Of a DNA stretch of 64,000 nt, positions 26,601 to 38,904 are shown piece by piece. The position numbers were made by a program, and so were the translations under genes. The notes under the pieces were generated by a model. The model saw nothing but the letters and a program-made list of their open reading frames with translations, searched no databases and was not told the origin of the DNA. The stretch comes from Scyliorhinus canicula (Eukaryota): NCBI RefSeq assembly GCF_902713615.1, contig NC_052154.1, forward strand, positions 81,137,072-81,201,071, written 5' to 3'. Every line of letters starts with the position of its first letter. Position 1 is the first letter of the stretch.

Positions 26601-29565
26601 ATTTATTTTGCATCCCTTTTTGTATGTTTGCCTTCTGTGTGTATGGAGGATGGGGCGAGTTAAATGGAAGGGTTGTTAGTAATGAGACTGCAGATAACCA
26701 GTTGTATTTGTTGCTTATTTAGTTACCGTTACTTCAATAAGAAAAGATAATTGTGTTTAAATTTACAACGTTGGAGCCTGGAGTTATTGGAGACCGAAGA
26801 CATCGGGTAGTTTAAAAATTAAGAGTTAATTTTAACTGTATTGCGATTCCGAGGCTGAAATTGACCGCGCACTAGCCAGTGTGTCGTAATAATGTTGTAA
26901 TATTAGCAAGAGAACTTGCACAATCCTCTACTATATTTATCTCACTCAGCCTGAAGTGGCGGTGCGGCAAGGTTTCGTAATCTGATTAAAGGACTGCGCC
27001 GCGGTGGCAGGTGTGTTTAAATCTTTTCTCTTTAGGTTTCTAGTCGGGAAGATACGGTTGCCTTTCTGCAAGTGCTAATATAAAATCAACCGGTAAAACG
27101 TACTGTCAAAAATTTGTAGCATATGATAAACCATGTACTGGCCATGCATAAATGTGCCGTGAGCCAAGTGATATTAGTCACAAAAAAACAATGGGTGAAT
27201 AGACAGTGGTGCGTTCTGGTGCAAGGAAGGACTTTCGCCAGAGAAAACATCTTGCCAATGAGATACAGTAGCGCAATTGACAGAACACAAACCTTTTGTT
27301 TTCTGAAGGACGAAATTCTGTCGGTGCGATTGTGTAATGTTTGTGTCACTGAACGCAATCTAACGAATGCTACTCGAGATCGCAGGAGAATAATTTGAGA
27401 AGTTGAAATAAGTTTAAAAATAAAACGTAATGCAACAAGAAGCACGATTTTCTAAACAAAAATCCGGTAAATTACTCTATGGATGTGACTAAACGTGAAA
27501 ATAGGTGCTCAGTAAACTTGCCCATGACGGTGTTGGAATGTTGCAAAACTCAACTGTTGTGATGATAGTCGATGCGTTTTATTAACCAACTTTCCCTTCG
27601 GGAAACATACCTGGCTTCTGGACTATACGTGACCCACAGGGAGTCTAATACGATTGCTCTAGCATGTCCTCTGAAAAGGTTGAGTGAATAATTTATTTGA
27701 ACGAAGCTTCAATGAGAAGATCCGGTAGCGCCGCCAACTCATGACAAAGCGACGAGCCCCAAATCATCAACAAAATGAGAATAAAAACATACTCAATAAG
27801 CTTCACTGATGATGTACGTTTAAACTAGTTCGCCTGCTTCAAAAATGAAGAAATCGATTTGAAACAATGTCGCTTACATTGTGCTCTGGGAAGTGAATCA
27901 GATGAGTTTTCGCTGGCACCATTGGGCCGCTAATCCGACTCGCCCTTAGCGAAATGACCATTTGTCATCTGCATTGGGCAAAATCATACAGTTAATTATT
28001 TCTGTAGCGTACTTCACCTTCACACTCATTAGAGACCAGACGAAGAATCTTGGACTTACGAACAAGGCCGTTATTACAATTATAACGGGCCTCCTCGCAC
28101 AACAAACAGCTCTGCTTCCCGCGTTGTTCAATTATAATTCACATTAAGATACAGAAAATTAGCATATATCAACCAGTTTTTACTATTTATCTATGTAACT
28201 ATCGATTAGATTTACACCATTCATGAATATGGGAATAATCAACCAATCGTATCAATGATTCGCAAGCTTAATTAAACCATTAAATCAATAAAAAGGCACG
28301 TAAATGTTGTCTTCCAGTTATTTATCACCGGATCCCCGTTATTAAGAATGTGAGGGCAGCACAGTGGCGCAGTGGGTTAGCCCTGCAGTCTCATGGCGCC
28401 GAGGTCCCAGGTTCGATCTCGGCTCTGGGTCACTGTCCCTGTGGAGTTTGCACATTCTCCCCTTGTTTGTGTGGGTTTCGCCCCCACAACCAAAAAGATC
28501 TGTAGGCTAAGTGGATTGGCCACGCTAAATTTCCCTATAATTGGAAAAAATTCTAAATTTAAAAAAAAGAATGTGGCTATCGTTCACCTACCTGTCTGCC
28601 TCTTCTGACTTCTCGTCCGTTTCCCAAGATAAAACTGATCTGCTGCAATAACGATTCTGGGTATTTGTGTCCTTCCAAACAGATAAAGTCGATCTTATCT
28701 TTCCTGGCCCCATCTCCAGCGAGTTGTGACCTTGGGCATGCTTCCTCTTGCTATCTTCAGCTAAACCGCTTGTGAGTGCACTACAGATCGACAGAGAAGA
28801 GTTTTAACCGTGCAGTCAGTTTTTTTAAAACTACAATTATTCGGATATAATCAGTTCCCCCTCATCGCATCCATTAAGTCGAGACAATGAAACTGGAATT
28901 GACCCACAGGGTTCGTGCAAACATGCTTATAATTTGTAGCAGACGTCATGAGTGCAAAGTAGACACAGACGGGAAGTTAAATTTACGTCATGCAATCTTA
29001 TCAATATTAGTTGACTTAATTGCATTGTACAATTGGATGCATGATGCAGTACAGTATCTACCTTGTGGCCTAGATTGGGTTACACTCTTTTGTTGGCCAA
29101 GAAAGAGCAGAATTACGAACAGGATATTTTCAAGTTAACCTGAAGAATATGGGAGGACTAACGGGGCAAGGGAACACACAATGAACGATAGTACACTAGT
29201 AAGTTCAGAGGTCCAGCTGGACATTGGAGGGTGCATATACATAGAGCTATGCAGAGACCATGATAGGAAGGATTGGAGTTGTTGGGTTACGGGTATAGGG
29301 TGGATACGTAGGTTTGTGTAGGGTGATCATTGCTCGGCACAACATCGAGGGCCGAAGGGCCTGTTCTGTGCTGTACTGTTCTATGTTCTATAAGGTGGTT
29401 AAGAAAGCATATAGGATACTTGCTTTTATTAGACTAAGCGTAGAATATAAGAACAGGGAGGTTATGATGGAGGTATATAAACGGCCACTCAGGCCACAGC
29501 TGGAGTATTCTGTGCAGTTCTTGTAGCTACACTATCGGAAGGATGTGATTGCACGAGAGGGGGTG

Positions 29566-29840
29566 TGTGGCCATCTGAGATGGCCACCTGCAAAGGACCA
29601 TGGGAATTATGGCCATCCCAGGACTCAGAAAAATACAGATATTTTGTGTCTTTGAAACGCAGGCAGCTAGACCTAATCGCAACCTCCGCTCGTTTGCATT
29701 CTAATGGCTCATTTCTCCAGAACAATAACCCTTGTGTATAAATAAACCATCTTTGAACTTGAACTGACTAACTGGTTGTGTGGGCATTTGTCCGATATAC
29801 GGGAAAGCCTTGTGGTTCCGCTCTGGTCTCGAGAACGACA
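29566..29840. mobile_element. Short solo-LTR-like element truncating a CR1 fragment
   Basis: TG...CA ends, internal TATAAATAAA, and an abrupt end of CR1 homology at 29565. Confidence 0.35.
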
Positions 29841-30016
29841 GATTGGCAGAATGATTAATCCTAATTGCTATTCCTGTGACTTTTGGGAGAATTATTGCTG
29901 TGTGGAGGCTGTTTGAAATCAGGATAGCACTGCGCGTGGAACGGGCAGGACGCTATATTTACTCACTTTCGCTGCCTATACTCCTGAATGAAGGCCAGTC
30001 TCTCAGATGAGGTGCT

Positions 30017-30028
30017 GGGGAATTTCCC
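30017..30028 (+). promoter_or_regulatory. NF-kB consensus site GGGGAATTTCCC upstream of gene B
   Basis: Perfect match to GGGRNWYYCC about 610 bp before the gene B ATG. Function is not shown by the sequence alone. Confidence 0.4.
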
Positions 30029-30077
30029 GCTCCTGGGGCCTGAATCGATATTATCAGCCACAATACGTAACTTTAAT

Positions 30078-30492
30078 CATGTGGTATCCCGTGTCATGGT
30101 CACGCGTTCAATTTCTTCATCTATGAGATCAATTCCTGACCAAACCATTCAATGCATCATTCTGATTTGCTGCAAGTGGTCAAGAAACGTTTTTAAAATC
30201 ATAAGGTTCCACCTCCTTATTTAGATTCTGCGTTGCAAATTAGATGCGATATATCTCAAATCCGATCGTTGCTGCTTCTTAATTGTTTCTGTATTTTACT
30301 TATCTTCGTTATTTTTTCTCTGACGGATGCAGTTTATCGTAGTTCTTCTTTTTCTCGCCGCAAAAGTAACTTCAAACAAAATGGAGCAATTCCCTAAACT
30401 TATGACTGTAGCCAAGGGTGATAATGTTTCCATATTCAGCACATTTTGCATATATGAATATGCTCCTGAAGTTTCTTGGTGGCGACGCGGCG
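30078..30492 (+). pseudogene. Decayed tandem duplicate of the gene B promoter, intron and 5' half of the V exon
   Basis: 30357-30490 encodes AAKVTSNKMEQFPKLMTVAKGDNVSIFSTFCIYEYAPEVSWWRRGA, nearly the same as the gene B V N-terminus. The acceptor AG is changed to CG and the B-strand Cys to Ser. 30078-30165 resembles 30513-30598. Confidence 0.85.
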
Positions 30493-30634
30493 CGTGGATG
30501 CGCTCTTTCAGTCATGTGACATCTCATGTCATGGTCCCCCGTTTCATATACTCAGAGACCTATTTCCTGCCTAAACCATTCAGAATACATCCTCCTGTGC
30601 AGCACCTACAATTGTTTTCCTTTCCATTTACAAC

Positions 30635-30689
30635 ATGTCGATCAGAGTTACAGCTCAGTACATGGCTCTTCTGGGTCTGATGTGGCCAG
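30635..30689 (+). CDS. Gene B exon 1, signal peptide MSIRVTAQYMALLGLMWP(A)
   Basis: 55 nt (same length as the gene A leader), phase-1 donor CCAG|gtatgt, 211 bp upstream of the V exon. Confidence 0.75.
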
Positions 30690-33600
30690 GTATGTTGAGT
30701 TGTTTAATGTTGCCGTTTTAGAATGGCTTAAATGGTATTTTAAGTATACAACTGTATTGTTGTAAAAAAAAATAGTTGCTGCGCTTCTTCAATTCCACTG
30801 CTGGTGTTTCTTCATTGTTTTTGAATTTTCCTCCATTTAGTTATTTTCCTTCTCTGACGTATGCAGTTGTTATCCACGTTCTTTTCTACTTATTTCCTAG
30901 CCGCCAAAGTAACTTCGAACAAAGTGGAACAGTTCCCTAAACTCCTGACGGTAGCCAGGGGTAACAATGTTTCCATGTTCTGCACGTTTTCCATATATGA
31001 AGATGCTCCTGAAGTTTCTTGGTGGAAACGCGGCGCTGAATCTTTGCTGGAACCAGACAACAGGAAGAGATTTAGTCCAAAGAAGGGACGGAGTACATTA
31101 GAAATTCTAAATGCGAGTATTACAGACTCCGGAATGTATTACTGTAAAGTCAAACATCAACAGGTCAATATTGGGGATGGAAGTGGCTCCCAGCTCACTG
31201 TGTTTGGTAAGTGTAATTGTTCCAGGGAAAGACCGCTTTCCAACTGTGTGTGATTTATGTAATTTTAGCTGTTATTACTAGTTGAAAATCTGGCGATAAC
31301 TGATTCGTTTTACACTGCTGTGGGTTTTCATAGAATCATAGAATTTACAGTGCTGATGAGGCCATTCTGCCCATCGAGTCTGCACTTGGAAAGAGCAACC
31401 TACCCAAGCCCACGCCTTCACCCTTTTCCAGTAACCCCACCTAAACTTTTGGACACAGTGGGAAAATTTCGCACAACCAATCCGCCTAACCTGCACATCT
31501 TTGGTCTGTGGGAGGAAACAGGAGCACTTGGAGGAAACCCACGGATACACGGGAAGAACGTACAGACTCCACACAGACAGTCACCCGAGGCTGGAATTGA
31601 ACCTGGCATCCTGGAGCTGTGAACCAGAAGTGCTAACCACTGTGCCACCTTGCCGCACTTTTTTTTCCATTGGCCTCCATGTTTAACGACCGTTAATTCC
31701 CCATCGCCCAAGATCAATTTTATTCATTCCTCGTCCACGTTACATTCGGAAGTGCTTTTCATCCAACGAGTGTTTTTGATGCACCCAGAATTGTCACTGA
31801 ACAAGATATTGAAAGAAAGATGCTGTTAAAATCTTAGTTTGAGATTAATTAATGGGATGGTATGGTCACTTTTATTGTCAACAAAAGTACCCTAATACTT
31901 CACACAGCATTTGTATTCATTGCTTTAAATTGCCATCTATTACTTTTTATGCTTAATTGTCCAAACGTTGACTTCGGTGAGACTCTTAGGCATGGGTATC
32001 AAAATAATTGAGTTAATCAGCCAAATTAAGTAGAGGTCTAATCAATCGGAATACCCGAATAAGGTAGTGGAACGGAATGACCCACTACAGTTCCTGTGCT
32101 CCCATTGAATGCAGTACACGTGTGTACATTGATTACCTTGTTTACGATACCGAACCCTCCAATGAGGCTTCTTACAGTCCATGTTAGAGGTGTTGATCTT
32201 GCCTTCAAGTCTGGTTTTCAACAAAAGTCCGAGAGCGTGCAAGATAGTAAAGATGTTAATTGCCCATGTTGAGGACCTCTGTCGTTGGCCAATTCGACCT
32301 TCATACACTCGAAACCAATAATTGCAGACGGGCTGTCACCGAACGTTCCTGTAAATGGCTGGGTTCGATCTTGTTAATCATGTTTTCCATTTCCATTCCC
32401 CAAACTTCAATGGAATTTAGAAGAAGGCAGCAGACAGCAGTACCCTCATTCGTTTGCATGGACAATCTACAGCATTACCTATCACAAGTGGATTGGCCAT
32501 GCTAAATTGCCTCTTAATGTTCGAAGATCTGCGGGTTAGGTGGGTTGGGCATGATCTAAGCTTACCATCATGGGAATGGGACGGGGTAGTGGGCCTCGCT
32601 AGAGTGCTCGTTCGGAGGGTCAGTGCAGAGTCGTTGGACCGAATGTCCTAATTTTCCACTGGAGAGATTATATGCTGGTGATACTTAATGAGATCCAAGG
32701 CAAACAAATATCCTTAAATTGATCATTTGTTATTGGAACAGAGCCGAATAAATAGACACATAATGAAAATAATGTTAAGGATAGCGTTCGTAATAAATTA
32801 ACAAACTACTTCAACTTATTAAAGGGCATTTGCTTCCAGATATGTTGCGTCAGGTGATCTAATAATATTAGGTAGATAGGCAACTGATAGAAATATCATC
32901 GCTTCAGGCAATACGAATTCAACACATCAAATGGAGGAGAGCAGAAAACATTTAAAATATACATTCGAAGTGAGATATGCAATTACATTTACTTCATCTG
33001 AATGGGTGCAGTTATCGACAAAGCCATGACAATTGCCAATATTACACTTTCATGACAAAACTAGTATTCCAACCCTCAATTCTTCTTCTGGAGAAAGCAC
33101 CTGAGGTGAAAACTGCACGATGTGGAAACTCCAGCACAGACACTGAGATGTTGTCCTCAAAATTAGTGCAGAATTATAATCTGCACATTTTAAAACAAGG
33201 CTGGAGTCTATATTGACATTATTATAATATAATAAACTTCATTGTCACAAGTAGGCTTACATTAACACTGCAATGAAGTTACTGTGAAAAAACCCTCGTC
33301 GCCACATTCTGGTGCCTGTTCGGGTACACAGGGAGAATTCAGAATGTCCAATTCACCTAACAGCACAGCTTTCGGGACCTGTGAGAGGAAACCCACGCAG
33401 ACACGGGGAGAACGTGCAGACTCCGCACAGACAGTGACCCAAGCCGGGAATTGAAGCACAGACCCTGGCGCTGTGAAGCAACTGTGTTCATCACTTCGGT
33501 GACACACGGGTGTTCACAGTCAAAATAAAATATGGTTGGTATTACTTGAAATATTCGAAAATCGAATTGATTTGAAATAGGCACAGAAAATTGTATACGA

Positions 33601-36041
33601 TATCATGAACAATGTTAATTACGGGAAAGACGATTGTGTTGCACTGTTATTTGCATACATTTAGAGCTGAATTGTCTTCTGAGACATTGCTGCTAACCGC
33701 AAACCTGCTCCAGGACCTGCTGTTCCCATTCAGAGCAGTGACCCGTCTCTCCCTGCATGCTATCAATACTTGGAGATTCATCCTCCCTGTATATCGTTTG
33801 TAATACATCCGAATACTTTGCCGTGCGCCGCTTAACAATTTTGATATAAATATAAACTCAAGAGTTTAGAAGTCATAAAATGGATAACTGTTGTCACTGC
33901 AGAAGTGTAACATCAAAGTTGCGGCATACAAATGTCAATGCGTTCCTTTAAATTAAAAACAGCATTCTATTTTCCTGTTCAAGTTCCTCCAACGCCATTG
34001 AAAATGCTTCCGATTGAAGAGAATTCAGCGACTTCTCTGAAGTTCGAATGCAAAACGGCTGCCTTTTACCCGGAATATTTCAGAATCTCCTGGCAAAGAG
34101 ATGGTGTGGAAATTCTGACCGGAATAGAAACTGTGAAAAACGAGACAGCGGAGGGTCTTTTTGAGGTTTCCAGCTCTTTGGAAGATGCAAGGCCTGTCCT
34201 GAATGGAGTAGTTTATACCTGTCTGGTATCCCATATCTCCCTTAAGGTGCCCGCCAGTGTCAGCTACACCGTCATTCAAGGTAAGATTGGAAACAGTTAC
34301 AGGATTAAGCGCCGGAAAGGCTGCAACCTTAGTTACTTGTTAGACATGCATCTGATCAGCTATTAAAACTCGAATATACAGGGTAAATGTGGAGCGTATT
34401 TACCCACAATGTCACATCAATGGGAATGAATTAAAATAATCAAGGTAGTTTGTCGCTGAAGGAGGGAGAATTTCTCCCTGAAAAGATCTGAAACTGGAGG
34501 TTGATGTGCGAACGGCACAAAAACTTAAAGCTGTTTCTTAGTCAAATTCTTGCCAAATGAAATTAACTTAAAATGGATCAGTTTTAGTGGAGACACTTTT
34601 ATTTAGGACAGTTCCTGTGTGGAACTTCAGCTAATATTTTTGAAGGGAATTTTCTCTATGATGCATATTCCTTTGTGTATTCATAACTTATTTCTAGCTT
34701 ATGCAAACATAAACATTTCAGAATACCCTCTTTTACCTGGATTTACTTTATTCGCATATGACCTTCCCTCTTTCAGTCGTTTGCAAATTGCGGAGTTGAG
34801 GAATTGGTTCTAAATCTATTTTGGTGGCAATTGTGGTTGCAGACCTCTTACTCCAATAAACAAAGTTAATTGAAGTTATCAGCACTAAGGGTGTTGAATA
34901 ACGGAGGAAATTACAGTGTTAGTACCGAGAATTTGGCACTTGATCCGTATGTTACTGAGAACGTGTGTGGCTAGATGGGAGCCGATCAAAGCTACCAGAT
35001 CTGAAAATCAAGAATCCTAAAGCATATGTGGCATCCTGATGAAGTTAGTAGTGCGGGCAAAAAAACAGGCTGATTGTCAGAGATAGCTGAGCTGGTGTTG
35101 CGTGGCGGACTTGTCGTGTCCCATGTTGTTTTAAAAAAGGGCCCAAAAAGGCGCTTCTTTTTTTTGTACCCGGTCAAATATATTTCAAAGGCTATTTGTT
35201 TAGGAGTTGTTTTTCTCTATTTCTCATAAAATTAACAGAGAGAACAGAGCAGAATCCTACCCCAAAATGGACATCATTGTCCTATATTAATTATACAACC
35301 GTTATGTGGAGTTAAAAAAAGAAGCTAACGATCGACAAGATGGCTTAGCCACCAAAACAGGCTGCCTCGGAAGGTGGAATGCGCCACGGTACACGCTCAC
35401 GTGGTGCTCATTTTGCCGAGTATATTTTGAGGTTATCATCGTACGGTAATTCAACTTTAGAAATGTAGAATCGGTCCCAAATTTAGAGTAACAATTTTGT
35501 GGATCCCTTTCCGTGTCTAAAAGCTAATACTATTTGTTTCCATTCGGCAATACTTATATGAGCTAATTGATGTGTATCTTTTAATCCCGTATTGTAGATC
35601 ACAGTTTCCGCAACGTGGTGATTACACGGCTTGTTCTGGGTTTTTTGGTCATTCTTGGATTGCTGGGTATAATTGTGGACCATGTAACATATGTTCGACT
35701 GAAGGTGAGAGGACGTAATTTTTTATTCAATAAACTACATTCAAAGTCCATACACAGGTAGCATTGGTAGGCTAGAAATGCGAAATGTGATTCTGCCCGA
35801 CGTTGTTGACGTAATTTAAGATTAATGGTCCTAAACCTTGCTGTCAAATAACAGACAACATAAAAGATCGACACTTTTAACACACTTTTCCTGTTAAGTG
35901 CTGCTGAAAAGTTACAGGCATGAAACGTTAACCGTTCCCTTTCCACACATGTAGCCTGAGCAGCCAAGTATTTTCAGCATGTTCAGTTTTTATTTCGAAT
36001 TTTATTAATTTCCACATTTATTTCAGTTTCGTGCAGAATAA
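30635..36041 (+). CDS. Gene B: activating-type IgSF receptor, leader-V(J)-C1-TM(Arg)-short tail, ~259 aa
   Basis: Exons 30635-30689, 30901-31206, 33984-34280, 35598-35704, plus a probable terminal exon 36027-36041. All introns are GT-AG with matching phases (1,1,1,0). The terminal exon is uncertain. Confidence 0.83.
30901..31206 (+). CDS. Gene B exon 2, V-set Ig domain with joined J-like G strand
   Basis: Acceptor tatttcctag, donor G|gtaag, 306 nt. Motifs: NVSMFC, SWWKRG, DSGMYYC, and G strand GDGSGSQLTV. Confidence 0.93.
31330..31655 (-). mobile_element. V-SINE/HE1-like SINE in gene B intron 2
   Basis: Same head and core, with a (tctatgat)n tail. Confidence 0.8.
33984..34280 (+). CDS. Gene B exon 3, C1-set Ig domain
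   Basis: Acceptor ttttcctgttcaag, donor G|gtaag, 297 nt. Motifs FECKTAAFYPEYFRISW, EGLFEVSSSL and YTCLVSH. About 47% identical to the gene A C1 by manual alignment. Confidence 0.93.
35598..35704 (+). CDS. Gene B exon 4, transmembrane DHSFRNVVITRLVLGFLVILGLLGIIVDHVTYVRLK with intramembrane Arg
   Basis: Acceptor cccgtattgtag, donor AAG|gtgaga, 107 nt, phase 1->0. Hydrophobic span contains Arg (CGG at 35627-35629). Confidence 0.85.
36027..36041 (+). CDS. Gene B probable terminal exon FRAE*
   Basis: Acceptor ccacatttatttcag, phase 0, stop TAA, with AATAAA at 36049-36054. An alternative acceptor near 36587 would give VNYFRVGTV*. Confidence 0.4.
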   Translation, partial: FRAE

Positions 36042-37094
36042 GTGAAGTAATAAACATCGAACGTGAATGTTAAGCATTGGCTTCGTGTTCGCTCCTTTCA
36101 TTAAACAGGTTCTGGTTTCAAATTGTCGCTGAGATGCTTGAGCACCAAACAGCGGCTAATACTTCAGCGCAGCACTGCTGGAAGTTGAATCTTTTTTCAA
36201 CACCTTAAACTGAGGCCCCTCTGCTCTGTCCGGTGGTCGTAAAGACCCCATAGGACATTTTCGTAGCTGAGTGTTGGAGAACTCGCCGGCGACTTGATCA
36301 GTATTTAACTCTGAATTGCTTCACTGAAACCGATTCGTTCTTCATTTAGTTCAGTATTCTTTGCCGTTAGGAACGCACCGTGTTTTTTTTAAGCACGCAT
36401 TGCACTTCCAGTGGCCGTGAAAGATGTGATATCAATGCTAACCCTTTACTCGATTTTGCAAGATGTTTATGCATGGTTGAATAATTAATAACACGGGCGC
36501 CGCTTTCCCAGTACTATTTTCCAGTGTTGCGTAAAACTGCAAAAATTGAGATAGAGTTATTTCATTTCCTATGTATACTCCTGAAGGTGAACTATTTCCG
36601 TGTGGGCACTGTATGAAGTTAGGCTCTTTGTTTTCCTTCTGAACGCACGGTGTTTAGCTGGGATGACCACAATCCTCTCGCTCCGCCATATCTTGCTTCA
36701 ATTTTACCCGCTAAGCCGTCAGCATCACATGGTTGAGCTGGGAATCTTCCTCGCTCGATTAGAATTTAAGGATCTGGAGCAGAATGCAATGTTAGTTTCT
36801 CTCTCGCTCTCCCTGAAAACACAAGCAGGATTATCTGTTGCAGAACCAGTAGCATTTAATACAAGACACAGATGAGATGTAACCAAGCTTCTTCTCAACT
36901 GTTTGGCTTTGTGGATACTCACGTGCTGTACGCGTCTTTCCTCAGTGTTAAAATGTGATTTTTTTTTTTACATGTGCAAGTGAGCACTGAATACCGAGTG
37001 AGTGCGGTCATTTTGAAATTATCTATTTAAATTATCTATTTAACTAAAAATACTGTCCATGATGGACTGTATTTTTATTTAAATGTCATTCTAT

Positions 37095-37500
37095 GGCACG
37101 GGTACTTGTGGCTTCACAGCGCCGGTGTCCCAGGTTCGATTCTCCGCTGGGTCACTGTCTGCACGTTCTCCCCGTGTCTGCGTAGGTTTCCTCCCGGTCC
37201 TCCGGTTTTCTTCCACAGTCCAAAGACGTGCAGGTTAGGTGGATTGGACATGCTAAAAAAATGCCCTTAGCGATCAACAAAAAAAGGTTGGGAGGGGTTA
37301 TTGGGTTACGGGGATAGGGTGGAAGTGAGGGCTTAAGTGTGTCGGTGCAGACTTATGTTCTATGTTTTATGTTCTATCTGTGCAGGTTGGGTGCTGTTAC
37401 GCGGTAGGGTGGGGAGTGACCATAGGTAAGAGTCTCTTTCCGAGGGTGGATGCAGACTCGATGGGCCGGATGGCCTCCTTTTGCATTGGAGGTATTCTAT
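37095..37500 (+). mobile_element. V-SINE/HE1-like SINE (composite)
   Basis: Same head and core, followed by an extra 3' fragment. Confidence 0.75.
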
Positions 37501-38904
37501 GGAATAAATAAAAATCAACCAGGTCCGACTTAGGTAATCAGGAGTTAACATTATTTATATATTTCTTTAACGTCTTTATGAAAAATGATGGACCACACAA
37601 TAACATACAGACAATAATCAGAGATTCGCCGAAAGCCATTGAAAACACAAATGCAAGTTTTGGAATCTGATGTTTTGTAACTTTGAAAATGGTGTCATAT
37701 TTATCTAAATTAAGTGTTCACCGATCCTGGTTCTATTTATTACAGGGCTATTTGAATAATTATTGTCGAATTACAATGAAATTGCGCAATTGGAGGCAGT
37801 CCCGGTAATTTAGTAATAGTTTCATATTGTTCCAAATGAGTGTGCATCTGTGAGTCTGGAAATATTGATGTCTTGCTTAATGTATTGGGATATTGATGAT
37901 GAAGGGATTACATCGGAACTGTGTGTGTATATAAAGAAGGAGGAATATAACTAAAATAAACCGTTTTGTTCAGAAACTCTCTTCCATTCCCTTTTCCGAA
38001 AGCTAGCGATTTGAAACAAACCTGTTGAACTTTAACCTGGTGTTGTAAGACTTCTTACTATTATTTTTTAATAGTCAGGTAAAGATCGGCTGATAATCTC
38101 CGCCTTGGTTGTTCATAACTACGCAAGCTCAACACGTTAGCCTTTGGGAAAGAGACACACGTGATCAGATAGAGGCGGGAAACAAAACAGAAGAGCCACA
38201 GGAAGCAAGGACCAAGATGAAAGAGCTGCAATTGAGACGGATCAATGGTTCATGCAGCATTCGCTTACAGCCACTTTACGTAGCATTTCGTGACCCTATT
38301 TTCCAGTAACATTAGAATATAAAAATACAATTGTTAGTTGACCCCGTGCACAAATAGAGCTAAATGCATTCTATGTAATTGCATTAACACGAATTTAGAC
38401 ATGGCCGTCAGCCAATCCACATACGGATTTTTAGGAGGGCTGGCACATATCCTGATGTATGAATCTCATCAATTGACATTTAAAGAAAATAAATGTAATT
38501 GTTCACATTTATAAGCATCACAATACTTTACATAAGGAAACCTTTCATATATATTTATGCCGAAACCATTGGAAATGACAGAGAGAGACATTCTTGTTCA
38601 ACGAATTTATATTTGAAGAGTATTTCAGGACCTTTAACACTATTCCGTGCTGGTTGCAATTCTGTCTCTGTCGACAGTCAGTCTGTGAAAACTGCAGCCG
38701 TTCAAGAAGGCAGCAAAAAACCACCATTAGGGATGGACAACAAACGCTGGCCCAGCCAGAAACGCTCTCATTCCAAGAACGAACAAAAACAATGTGAAGG
38801 AATGTTGTCTTCTCCATTTTCTCCTTTCCTGGATACCTAAAACCAAGTCTCTATCTCCCTCTTTTGGGTGTTCAGCAGATTGCAAAATATCTCATAATTA
38901 TTTC

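Noticed and set aside
27086-27445. ORF containing C...FFVTNITW, loosely C1-like
   Set aside because: It lacks the YxC..H and other C1 motifs and has no fitting splice sites.
30327-30680. 117-aa ORF starting like a V domain, as a third gene
   Set aside because: Only the first ~45 codons are V-like. The acceptor is mutated and the Cys is lost, so it is reported as a pseudo-exon.
31196-31202. CACTGTG (RSS heptamer complement) at the end of the gene B V exon
   Set aside because: It is simply the Leu-Thr-Val codons of the J-like strand, with no nonamer at 12 or 23 bp. Other CACAGTG-like motifs lie in SINE heads. There is no sign of V(D)J recombination.
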